Positions 1 to 11,069 of a stretch of DNA of 20,000 bases are shown piece by piece. This DNA comes from Trichoplax sp. H2 (Eukaryota). Every line of letters begins with the position of its first letter. Position 1 is the stretch's first letter. A program made the position numbers and the translations under genes. Where the stretch lies: assembly GCA_003344405.1 (NCBI GenBank), contig NOWV01000104.1, positions 242,638 through 262,637 on the forward strand. Direction: 5' to 3'. A model generated the notes under the pieces. That model saw nothing but the letters and a program-made list of their open reading frames with translations, had not been told where the DNA came from and did not search any database.

Positions 1-245
1 CTAATGAATTTTCTAAGCAGTTAACTCAGTTATTAACTGATTAACAAATTGAGTAAGTAATTAAATGATTAATTTCTGTTATCAAGTCACTTATAACATA
101 CTGCTCTACGGATTGCGTACCGATTAGTTAAGCCACTTGATCCAACACGAAACAGCATCACTGGCTACGCTGACTACAGCATAGCTAAAGCCTCTCGGTA
201 GCAACAGAACCGTACAATCCTAACATTGCTACATTACGTCAAATA
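1..245. repeat. Direct copy of 895-1139 (element A), cut by the window start and the gap
   Basis: Ungapped 245-bp match with 8 substitutions by my count (~97%). Confidence 0.97.
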
Positions 246-265
246 NNNNNNNNNNNNNNNNNNNN
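246..265. other. Assembly gap (20 N)
   Basis: Run of N. Confidence 1.
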
Positions 266-845
266 TAGTAATACCAATCCCAGAAGCGGTACATATTTAG
301 TATAAGTGATATCAATTAGAGGATGAGAATTGTATATTTATTGGATTAAAGATTTCAGAAGAATACATGTATCGTTCATACTCCTATCTGACCATGTTTT
401 ATGATTTAAGATTTATAATTGCATGCATTTCATTAAATTAAAGCTATAATCGATTTTATAGTAATAAATTACTTGGCTGTGTCGGTAAATTAGCTCTCCA
501 GATGCGGTATTCTTATAAGTTCTCCGTTAAATACCAGCACTTCATTAACGTGTGTTAATTCCTTTTTAGTTCGTTAGTCGGTTGGATAGTCAACTAGTTT
601 TCCAATTGATATTTAATTGTAAAGACTATAATCTTGGGTGCCAAGATTCCTTCAGTATTAAATGATAGTAAATCTCTGACTATCTCGTCTACATCATCTG
701 TGACGCTATAATTATACCATAGTATTCGGTCGTTGGAACTGAATTATTTGGTGATATAGCTAATCTCGCCTCTTTAAGTTAGTAGGTGGCGTTCTCCGCA
801 AGGATTGGCGTGTGTAGACTACTTTGTCACTAGTGATGTGTGACA
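266..845 (-). mobile_element. Interspersed repeat B, LTR-like (~580 bp)
   Basis: Begins TGTCACA on the minus strand at 845, exactly where similarity to the 19078 copy starts. Minus-strand AATAAA near 337-342. The far end abuts the gap. Confidence 0.55.
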
Positions 846-848
846 ACG

Positions 849-1152
849 TGTTATAAAATAAGGTAGTTTTATTTCTCAAGTTCCCAAATGTGCTCTAATG
901 AATTCTCTAAGCAACTAACTCAGTTATTAACTGATTAACAAATTGAGTAAGTAATTAAATGACTAATTTCTGTTATCAAGTCACTTATAACATACTGCTC
1001 TACGGATTGCGCACCGATTAGTTCAGCCACATAATCCAACACGAAACAGCATCACTGGCTACGCTGACTACAGCATAGCTAAAGCCTCTCGGTAGCAACA
1101 GAACCGTACAATCCTAACATTGCTACATTACGTCAAATATATAATTGTAACA
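849..1152 (-). mobile_element. LTR-like element A (304 bp)
   Basis: Termini TGTTA...TAACA. On the minus strand TATAAG (989-984), then AATAAA (873-868) about 20 nt before the end. Repeated at 1-245. No TSD, PBS or PPT seen. Confidence 0.6.
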
Positions 1153-3295
1153 ATCTGTGATATGGAAATACTAGCAGTATGCCATATTTTAGACTTGATT
1201 AGTGTATTGAAAGCTACCAACTATTCTGTCCAATCTAAGAAGGTCTAATTTTATAAGATATATAATCTAAGTAAAGTAACCAATATTGCCTTAGATTGCC
1301 TTATTTTATCTTCAAAAATCATAAACCTAATCCGGAACGCATCAAAAAGTCCGCATAGCAGCATCCTCCTTTCATTGTAAATTTTCATAATTAGCAATCT
1401 TAGGAGGATTTGATATGCGAGTACATATTGAATCGCTTTTAATTTAAAAGTAATTAAAACTTCTATAGTCAACAGAATCAGTTATTGTCGGTATAAATTT
1501 TCAACAGGCTAGTGTGACTCTAAGATTTTTATTAATTTTATCCTTGCAGCGATGCCAAATTGTAATTGGCGAAGTTTTATTAGCAGAGACTCGTTCACAT
1601 TGAAAATTACTCAAGTAAAAAGTGCTAATATTGTTTCACCTAAAATTGATTTAAAAATACGTAGAGGTCACGAGATTATTACTTCAGGTAATCATTACAC
1701 TTACTGTGTAAATAATGTAAATTTCTGGTGCTTATGATTATTTATTTTGAACTTCGTTTTCAGGTAGCTTAGAAAATAGACTATTTGACCTTATGTATCC
1801 GTCTGTCTCAGCATGATTCTAGATAAAATAACCATATCCTCTAAAATGTTTCCGTACTTGTGTCCTTAAAAAAGTATTAATTAATTTTTCTATTCCAAAA
1901 ACTTATCTCACGAGAATATTCTGCGGTATAAATATAAATAATTATATAAGTATAAACACCACCAAATGCAATCTTAGCTGTTTTATAGATCCTTTTTCAT
2001 TTACTTAGTCGATAATTTTTAAGTTTCCAAATCATCAACTTCGAGGTATAGTAATTTTAATTAATTTATTCTCATGCAATCTATGATAAAAATATTGCTA
2101 AAATTCTAACGTGAGCTTACATCTTGTGATACAAGGCATAACTAATGAAAGTAAATAAATTGTTATAATGATAATTCTTAATCTAGCTAAAATTAGAATC
2201 ATTTATGTACGGTAACATCACATGAGTAAATTTCTTACAGCGTATAAAATACTGGTATAGAACAGGATTAGGTGTTGCAGGTCAAGTAGAGCTGTTAAAA
2301 CTAAAACTCTAATAAGATTTCAATTAAGCTCACTTTGATATCTTAATGTAGCTGAGTGTTACGAGCGGCAACAAGATTGGTGGTATATTAGAGCATGACA
2401 GAATCTAATGAAAATTCGAAAACTACTTCAGATAACTCCATCATTCATAAAATTAATAATATTCACATCATTCTAACAAAACTCTCCGTGTTTCCTTAAT
2501 AATAATGTGCAAATCTGTTAATATATTCTGAGTAATAGAATGCCTACAGATTATTTCATAGTTATAATGTACTATCATTAATTTTATCTGATAAGAGTGC
2601 TAGTAACTTTTCGTAACTATTGAAGAAATAGCAATGATTAAGAAATAACTAAAGCATGGCATATTTACAATCACGTTTTCTTTATTTCCATTTCTTGCCT
2701 CACCGTCATGAATATGTAGAAATAAGGCTATAACTGTTATAATTTTTAGAGCTCTTATATATTTCTGAGTATAGCTGTATTTAAAATGCAATCACACATT
2801 AAATGATCAATCTATCCAAAACTGGTTAATCAGGTTATGCAGTCAATCAGATCAACAAAAATTATTGATGGTAAATAACTTATGTAAATTATATAAATTG
2901 ACCGTAATTCAGTTATAAAGCTTTTTTAGGAACAATCAGACATGAAAACTATGAATTTTGATGACTCTACAACGACGCCAATAAATCGCGAAGTTTCATA
3001 GAAATATCAGGTAAACAATTACATATACTCATGCGGCGTGACGAATTCAAGATTAGATAGCAAATTTACAGTTTACTCTATTAATTATATTAATTATCAG
3101 CATTAACAACAGTGTATTTTCATACATGTGTTAAACATAAAATTTCTTATCCGAAGTATTGTGCTTATAGTATCGTAGATTCCTGATTTTATGCTGAAAT
3201 TGATGCTATAGCAAAGACTGCTAACATATTAATTTGATGTTAATCAAACAAGACAATTTTTATCACAGCAGATGATAATGACTCGATCAATTGAA

Positions 3296-3435
3296 TCATC
3301 GTTTGCCAATGTTGACGCCATAAATTGCATCTACTGGCGTAAAGATGATTCCTTGTAGCTGGATATTTCTTATCTGACCAGAAAATCCTGATGAAAGTCT
3401 ATTTTCTGTTTTTGCTGAAATATCTGGTGCACCAC
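3296..3435 (-). CDS. Exon 12: LamG C-terminus and stop (GGAPDISAK...AIYGVNIGKR*)
   Basis: Phase-1 acceptor, perlecan-LG3-like motif, TGA at 3298-3296. Confidence 0.88.
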
Positions 3436-6400
3436 CTTAGTATCAAATTTCAAGTAGAATATCACTCTTACATTACGCGAACTTTGTAATAGTAGTATTT
3501 ATCGAGTCGTATCCAAAGCTTTATTCATTGTAAATTATGTAGCTAATTTATTTTCATGTATTATTTTACGTTTGCTTTAAATCGTGCAGGGTTATAACCG
3601 ATATTTTGATCATGATTGCATTTCGATTCCATTTAAAACAAAGATTTTATGGCAAGATATATATACATTATCCTTACTGGGAAAACTCCAGTCTTAATCA
3701 TTGTGACACTGCAGTTTAATTAACTCCTGCTAATGTTACCATTTGAAATGTAATCATGAAATTACCAGATATTAGTACGAAAAGATGTTAGTACCTTGAA
3801 GTGAAAGATTAGTTAGTAACTATCACGAACTAGAAAAACAAGTACATGCTAGATGCTAGACAAATTATTCATCTCTGATAAAAATTTAATTAAATTTTTG
3901 TAGTGCTTTTTACTTAATTTTCAGTCGTGGTTTGAATTAAATAACATTATTTTGTGATTATCGCTGAAATTTTGCTTTACATGTGTAGTGTATTTAGAAT
4001 ATACTGTAACTATATTCTACTCTTAAATATATACATGTTGTATTGCTCTTATATTTAGGCAGATCTACAGTCCGCTTACTCTACATTCATATATAGACTA
4101 CTGTATTTAGTTATTACGGTACTCGCTGTTTTCTACAATCATCTGCTATTTTGTAAACTGTTACGGTATATGTTGTATCTAATTCCACAGTCCTATTCTC
4201 TGCATGTTCTCTATATTTAAAACTATAAATACCGGCGATTTCTACCTCAGAGTTCGTTAGCTTCTCAGTTAGTCTTCTAGTTAGTCTCTCGCAGTCTAAT
4301 ACTTCTACTCATTACTCACGACAGCTTGCACGCTGATCTACCGTAACTACCTCACTGTACTTCACATTACTAACCTACAATAAAGCATTTTTATAAACCC
4401 TTTGGTGTAATAATTGTAAAAGGCGACTAAATCTCAATCCTCAGAGATATTGAACCCTCCATCACAACATGTTATTGGCAATTACTGGTTTCAATAAGAA
4501 TATTATGACTGTTAAACATATAGACTACGAATGCTAACATGTAAGTTTTGTGCATTTCCCGCGATTTTATAGGTACATTTAACTAAATGTAGCAACTGAT
4601 CTACTCCACTATTGTTATCAATATTACTATAAAGCTGCCAGGATATTTATTGTAGGATTATAGCCAACCGTCTGACAAATACTTCTGCATTTAAATTCTA
4701 TTTAGGCTTAATAGTATCAGCATTTGTCGAGTTACATACCTATGTAAGCATAATTGGAATTTACTGCCAGTCTTGATGGGCCAAGATTGGATGATTTGGA
4801 TAACTGAGCTTCGAAGTTATCGACAAACATTTTAATGCTAGAGTAACTCCTGTAAGATAAGAGATATACATCAGAATTGCTTAGATTCGATTTTTAACCA
4901 AGTTTACTCTTCCGAAAAATTCTATAGATATTATAGATAGTATATTATGATATTGTAATTTTTAAAGATCTTAAGATCTTATACCTAGTCACATTGACTT
5001 GATAGTACTTCCCAGTAACGATATTTTGAGATGAAATTAAGTAATTTTCGCGTCCATTAACATGCAATCTATTGATGTTATAGAATATAGTACTTTTAGA
5101 TGAAATCCGAATGCATATGAATAATAAGTAATTAAAAATTTATTAGTATAATTAATGAGGTTGAAATAGACATTGTTCAGTTCTGTATTAACCTAAGCTC
5201 GAGCCTACTTTTTATCAAGGCTATATAGAGATATTTTCCCTCTGATTTCTGGATTGATTAAAAGACAAATTTTTAGATATTAAATTGAGGATATGTGAAA
5301 AAAGTGTCTCAGAATCAGAAATGATCAAAATTAGATAACTGACATTGCTCATTTTACTACACAAACTACTTCTTTATAGTGTCGAAATATCTCAATGGGA
5401 TATTCCTAACCAAAAGCTAAAATATTTACTGTATTAACTATTTAGCACAGATGTACGCTCAGTACAATCTTAAGATTCCACTTAATCTATAATCACGTAT
5501 ATCCAGTGTCAATCTTTTAATTTTATATATCTCTTAACGATTTCTTTCGACCTTTTAATTTATTTGAGAGTAGCACCTCAATAGGATATCAATAATTGGC
5601 TACATAATCTACCGTCGGACGAACAGTGATTACTGTAGTCTCTTTATAAGCCCAAGCATTTACAATAGTGAATTTAGAATTAAATATATTTACAGTGATA
5701 AGTAATAGAATATTAAATGATTATACCCCTCAATCTTACCTGACCAATCCAATATAGGGCACCTTCTAAGTTTAAGGCATTAAATTCGAACTGAATTTGC
5801 TGATATCTGCACAAAAAACAATAATTAATTCTTATGGTGACATGTATTTTCACCTGAAATTCTTAGACTAACAAAAGTTAAATTGTAATAAGATGTCGAT
5901 TAAATCGTTGATATGCTTATATTATTAGTTGCAATGCTAAATAATACAGCGCAAGAATATGAAACTTACTCATTAATAATATTTACTGAATAGAGCAGGT
6001 AACTATACTTTTGGAAATATGGAATATCGTTGTCATTTAGTTGTTTAACTGTCGAGATAAACGTAAAGCGATAGTGATAAATTTCATCATATTCTTAAAT
6101 ATTTCTTGCATATTCTTTATTTATCGGATAACTATTTATTATTCTTACATCGCTAACTTCATGAGGAATTTAAAAGTTAGTCAAGTTAACCTTAAAGCTA
6201 TCTTTAAGTAAAAATGCAAGAATGATGCCTTAACCCTACAGTTAAGTTGTATTTACAGTACTATTTATTACCTTCCCCACAGTCCGATAATCCATAGTAT
6301 GGCATAGGACATAAGCAATAATGTTGTTTACCGTTTGCTATACATCGTCCATTATTCAGACAAGGTGATCGGCTACATGGGTTTATTGTCGCAGAATACA

Positions 6401-9400
6401 TTTTCTCGCAGTAATTTCCATAATATTTATCTCTACAGCGACATGTGAAATAACTTTCGTCTTGTGCAAATTTTTGACATGTACCTCCATTTCTACACAC
6501 CTGATCTCCTTCACAGGCAGCGCCGCATTTGTCCATTTGATGACTTTCGACTGGCTTACTTAAGTCTATCTGTTTGTTATTAAATGATAATTGAGAGATA
6601 CAACCGGAAAATCCATATGGAACTTCAAATAGTGGATTCTGGCTTAAATCGGATAATCCTGCTAAGAATATCCAGCTAGATAGATCTATTGTTGTACTTT
6701 TACCCAAAAAACTACCAAAAGTAAATGCCGGTGTTCCACCGTTAACTACTACCGAACTCCATCCCCGTTCATACTTTGCTACTATGTGGTACCACTTGCC
6801 TTCTTGAATAATAAGTGGATAAACAACCTTACCGGATATTCCAGCAGGGCTACTTTGTGGTCCACTTGAATAGTAAAATGTAATGTGCCGATCTTTAACG
6901 CCTAGTGAAATATAATGCATTGTCGAGGGTGTATTTTCTGCAAATCCGTTGCTTTGAAATATAATCAGACCATCATGAACTTTAGTAGGCTTAATTTTGA
7001 TGTTGATTTCATGATTGTCAGATGGCCTTAATGCTGAACCAATAAATGCTCCATAGGCTGCATTATTAGGATTGCTATTATCAAATCCTGGGAGTATCGA
7101 TGTTACTGCAATTTATATATAAGACACATATCACATATAGCTTTAGTAACGATCTGAAATATCGAAAGTAATATCTGCCTGATTATCTCTTAAGAACATA
7201 AAATCTTCTCTCGTATTTTCCAATGTAACAATGACTGTAAAAAAAATGTTTAATTTAACCTGCTATATCTACTTGCAGCCGTGCCGATACATTCCCATAT
7301 GCATTCGAAACATGACATTCATAAATTCCAGCCATTTCTTGTTTAGGATTTCTAAATTTTAATGAAACACCCGACACCAATGATGGATCAATACTACCTC
7401 CAACTTTAATCCAGGTCACCGATGGAGCTGGTTTCCCGGCACCATTACAGGATACATCTTTTGTCTCACTTTTTAAAAGCCTTAATGCAATTCTGTTTGA
7501 TGGCGATATTTTAGCCGAGGGATAATCTGAAAATTATGGATTTTGCGTTAGAAAAATATTTTACACGTATGTGTGCAACATTTATATTATTTGATAATAG
7601 TGGATTTATAGAGAGAATAAGCTAATTTCACCACATTCTACTAATAGCAGTCAATATTTTAGTAACATTGAATGACTACTGACGTTAGCGTTAATTCAAT
7701 TTTCTCACCATCAACATGGAGCTGAACAGAATCTTGGCCAATCCCATCATTATTAGAAACAGTGCTAGTATAATATTCGCCTGATTTTTGAACATTCCGT
7801 AAAATTAAGAATGGACCGTATGTCTGGTGATGATAAGGTAAACCGGCTCCCATTCTAGTCCATTCACATTCTTTACTCTGTGTGCCATTAATGTTACTAA
7901 ATAAAATAGCTGTACCCCCTCGTAAAACCTTAGCTGACTTTGGCTGAACATCAACATCAACATCTGTTAATAATTATAAATCAAGCTTGTAAATAGAATA
8001 TTTAAAAATTCTAATGTCTTTAAAACTCACCGGTAATACGGTATGATGTATTTTTTAGCAGAGATTATGTTTATGTATTGATTAGAATTAAAAATAGATA
8101 AAGCTATATTATATTGTATTAATGCGATATAGTCTACTACTTACGCTTCGATAGATCAATAACCAAAATTACATTTTTAGAAACACTCCCATCTTGATTT
8201 GAAAGTTGGCAAGTATAAATACCGGAATGGCACTCAGTATTAGCTGGAAATATGAGTCTACCCTGTTGATCTTGGAAAACACCTGATGGAAATTTAGTGT
8301 CGCTTTTAGTAGCCCATTTTGGGATATTTTGGGAAGATTCGGAGAAGCATGCAAATTCTAATCTTTGACCTTTCCTAGCATAAACAATCCCTGATGGCAC
8401 CAGTTTTAATGATGGTACTGCTGCTTAACGAAATTAAAATTTAGAAGTCGAGTTAGGAAATAAATTCTAGAATATTACATGCTATCATCTGCAGTACTAG
8501 GATATTAAGTATTATCATCTATGAATGAATTTATAATACATCTAACCTGAATTTGCTTGATAGAAAGACATCTAGATATAATCAGAATAAATACATTAGC
8601 AGCTAAAGCATCAGTTTTTACTATACATGTAATGGCTTATATCACTAACGTTTCGGATGAGATCATTTATCGTGACACTATAGTTGTGAATTAACTCGTA
8701 ATACAAAGAATAGAAATATGCATTAAATCCATTATTTCTCCTATAAATTAATCTGCTATTCTACCGCGTTAACATTAATGGTAACTAACGAACTATGTTA
8801 TTTAATTTATAAAATAAATGAATCTATATCGCATATAAAATAGACACCAAAAAATGTTTTATCATAATGAATCTGATCAATGTTACTAGTAACTCATTCA
8901 AAATACTTCCAAGTACAATTGGATAAATTCTCAACATTCATGAAGCCAAAATTGTCGCTCAAATTATACCCCTATTAAGTAATATAATCAGCATTATAGT
9001 ATTTACATCTAAGTTAAAGTAAAAATCCATAGCGTACCTTTATCATCGAGCAAAGGTAAATTTAAATCGTTAGAAAATAAAGTGTTAAGAAAACATAATA
9101 AAAAATCAAACATCAGTCAGAAATCATGCTTAAACACAGCACCTTACAGTGTTTAGACAAGTCTATTCCAATTATGTGTGATATATTGTTTTATATTATA
9201 CTATCCCGAAATCTCGCAAAACCTCGTTCGTGATAATGTTTTGTTGTAGTTTAAATTGAGTTTTCACTACAATAATCTCTTTTCAATTTGCTTCTGAATT
9301 GATTTCTATAAAGATGCATTGAAGCAATTATTATGAAGGAGTTGAGCATAGAATTTCTCTTATAAATGTTCCAGTGTCGGCTACTTAAGGTAGTTGCGGT

Positions 9401-11069
9401 AGTAAAGGACTCATAGTAGCTGAAAAGAAGATATTTGCGATTGTTCTAGGAAAATAGTTATCTTGTCTGTACTTTCAGCCTTTCTCTATGTGTTTAGGTC
9501 TCGATTTTGGGCCATACATTAACGAGAACAAGGGTAATAAATATTTTAAATTTTAAATGTATAAACGATCAGAAAGTAGAATTTCACCTTGCTTTAATTT
9601 TCGAGTACCTCAAGTGTATCATTACACTCACTGTATAGTATATAATCTTGGTTAAGTTAAGCTGACAGTTAAAAAATAATTGTATCTTCGTTTTGCTCTA
9701 AGACGCTGCAGGGAACAGGTTCTTAAGTAACTTAATAGCAAGATCCCGATAATAAATAGTAAAATGGTGGCACCAGTTTGTAGGAAACTAATGGTGTTAA
9801 AGATACTACATTTGGGTATTAGGATAGTTCAATACTATTAGTGGATAATTTAGAGGCGATAGCAATAGACTTAAGTGAGAATAGAATATGTTATAAGAAA
9901 GAATATAAAAGGCTGGCTTCATGTGAAGGAAGTTTAGTTTGAGCTCTAGCTGTGCATGGATTACGTTGTCTAACTTTGCTACTGTTATTCCATATTATAA
10001 TAAACGTATTATTTAACAATAAAATTAAGAAATAAAATATTTTCATCTACTAACTTTGGGAAACAATTTATTAAGTTATCATGCCATAGTAAATCGCATT
10101 GCGGTAGATGACTGTAATATACTTATGCATAGTAAGTATAAATCTTATAATATGAAGATTAGAATGTAATTAAGTAGGAGTACGCCCTAACACATAATAT
10201 GTATACACTTCCAAAAATCCAGTTGTCGGCCTTTAATGCCAAACTTAGTAGAAATCATAATTATTTAATATTAATATTATTAATGGGATTACATGAAACT
10301 TATAACCAGGTACATTATTTTACGAAAGAGACATTAATAAAGTAAAATAATGTCAGAAAAATTTATTTAAAAACTTGTTACTTTTGCGAAACCTAAATTA
10401 AGATTATCGGTAACGACAATAAACTTATTTGTGTGCCAGTATTTCTTTATAAAACTGAGGACTCTCATAAAGTTGATTCTAGGCTTAATTTACGACTGTC
10501 CGCCTGAGTTTATATTATCAGAGAAATTATTTTATAACTATGAATCTAGTTGTAGCTCTGATTTGTGACAATCAAGAAAATTATTGTATAAGAAAGTCAT
10601 AACAGGTAAGCATATTTCCAGAAATACCGATAAAAAATATTCATTCTGAGAGTTTTTTTGTTATTTTATAACGAGGTGTTCTGCTAGTGTAATGTATATC
10701 ATGGAAAAATGCTAAGATTCTACGAGCTTATATTAAAATAATTAGCAAAAACTTGCCTGTTATTAATCTAATATACTATAGATAGCAAGTGGATAATTCA
10801 ATAGATTTAATGGGAAGATACCGAATTATTATAGCTGTTGATTTATGAACGTGTTAAGGTGAAAGCAAACTTTGGTACTTAATACTGAAAGCGTTTGCTT
10901 GTACCTTAAAGCCTAATAAGTGCAAGGTGCTTCTGTAAATTCCTTAATAATTGCAATGGACGCAATTAAATATTCTTAAGCAAACAAATGACATTGTTTA
11001 ATAATTGCTACTTACCGCAAGTATGGCAAGATAGGCTACCAATAGGAGAATGCTGAAGGGTTTTCTCAT
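3296..11069 (-). CDS. Multi-exon gene for a secreted perlecan-domain-IV/V-like protein: SP-Ig-Ig-Ig-LamG-EGF-EGF-LamG (~748 aa, 12 coding exons)
   Basis: Exons 11069-11016, 8571-8547, 8420-8145, 7963-7709, 7526-7260, 7105-6272, 6048-5970, 5806-5740, 5248-5193, 5068-4985, 4849-4740 and 3435-3296. All introns are GT..AG with compatible phases. The exons sum to 2247 nt with no internal stop. The C-terminal GGAPDISAKTENRLSSGFSGQIRNI resembles the perlecan LG3 motif GGAPDV...RFSSG.TGCVKN. Confidence 0.85.
4036..4469 (+). mobile_element. Solo-LTR-like element C (434 bp) in the last intron of the intact gene, antisense to it
   Basis: Termini TGTTGT...ACAACA, TATAAATA at 4224-4231, downstream TCAGTT/TTAGTC Inr-like motifs, AATAAA at 4379-4384. 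It lies in a 1.3-kb intron, whereas the equivalent paralogue intron is about 87 bp. Confidence 0.65.
4740..4849 (-). CDS. Exon 11: terminal LamG (SIKMFVDN...RLAVNSNYAYIG)
   Basis: TTACAG acceptor, GTATGT donor, 110 nt, phase 2->1. Confidence 0.85.
4985..5068 (-). CDS. Exon 10: terminal LamG (LHVNGRENYLISSQNIVTGKYYQVNVTR)
   Basis: 84 nt, phase 2-2. Equivalent to the LamG S...I.DG.WH.V...R motif. Confidence 0.85.
5193..5248 (-). CDS. Exon 9: terminal LamG (KSEGKYLYIALIKSRLELR)
   Basis: 56 nt, phase 0->2. Matches paralogue exon 14693-14632 (HYIYVTVNSGRVEL). Confidence 0.8.
5740..5806 (-). CDS. Exon 8: terminal LamG (YQQIQFEFNALNLEGALYWIGQ)
   Basis: IxFxF....GxLxWxG motif, GCAG acceptor, GTAAG donor, 67 nt, phase 2->0. 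Confidence 0.88.
5970..6048 (-). CDS. Exon 7: start of terminal LamG (VKQLNDNDIPYFQKYSYLLY)
   Basis: PxF...SYL LamG start motif, GTAAGT donor, 79 nt, phase 1->2. Confidence 0.85.
6272..7105 (-). CDS. Exon 6: laminin G domain plus two EGF-like repeats
   Basis: Extends ORF 6261..6920 upstream: DGLIIF, YISLG, GKWYHI, GFSGCISQL, then two 6-Cys EGF repeats. 834 nt, phase 1-1. Confidence 0.95.
7260..7526 (-). CDS. Exon 5: Ig domain 3 (I-set)
   Basis: DVSCNGAGKPAPSVTWIK...AGIYECHVSNAYG. Acceptor TTTTCAG, 267 nt, phase 1-1. Not in the ORF track. Confidence 0.92.
7709..7963 (-). CDS. Exon 4: Ig domain 2 (both canonical Cys replaced by Ser)
   Basis: VDVQPKSAKVLRGGTAILFSN...EWTR...LILRNVQKSGEYYTSTVSNNDG...VQLHVD. 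Acceptor AACAG, donor GTGAG, 255 nt, phase 1-1. Confidence 0.88.
8145..8420 (-). CDS. Exon 3: Ig domain 1
   Basis: RLEFAC...PKW...GRLIF...SGIYTCQLSN I-set motifs (ORF 8137..8400). GTAAGT donor at 8144, phase 1-1. Confidence 0.9.
8547..8571 (-). CDS. Exon 2: 25-nt microexon MSFYQANS(A), completes the signal peptide (A-N-S cleavage motif)
   Basis: T-rich acceptor ending ...TATCTAG and donor CAG|GTTAGA. Phase 0->1 exactly bridges exon 1 to the phase-1 Ig exon. Confidence 0.55.
11016..11069 (-). CDS. Exon 1: signal peptide MRKPFSILLLVAYLAILA
   Basis: ATG, basic n-region and hydrophobic h-region, ending at a consensus GTAAGT donor (phase 0). Confidence 0.7.

Noticed and set aside
1251-2791. Short ORFs 1251-1472, 1552-1737 and 2600-2791
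   Set aside because: No recognisable motifs or splice context; composition typical of chance ORFs in AT-rich DNA.
8031-8103. Strong donor-like CCG|GTGAGT inside intron 3
   Set aside because: The only candidate exon breaks frame and leaves a 41-nt intron.
8169-8354. 61-aa overlapping ORF
   Set aside because: Alternate frame of the Ig1 exon.
9038-9113. Possible alternative first exon MFDFLLCFLNTLFS...DK with a phase-1 donor
   Set aside because: Poor signal peptide that may just be T-rich intron; the 11069 plus 8571 exons give a much better model. Not fully excluded.
9847-9888. LRR-like peptide NLEAIAIDLSENRI on the plus strand
   Set aside because: Single short motif in a stop-bounded frame with no repeat neighbours.
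3296-11069. Assigning the symbol HSPG2, agrin, EGFLAM or EYS
   Set aside because: The architecture matches none fully; orthology needs a phylogeny.
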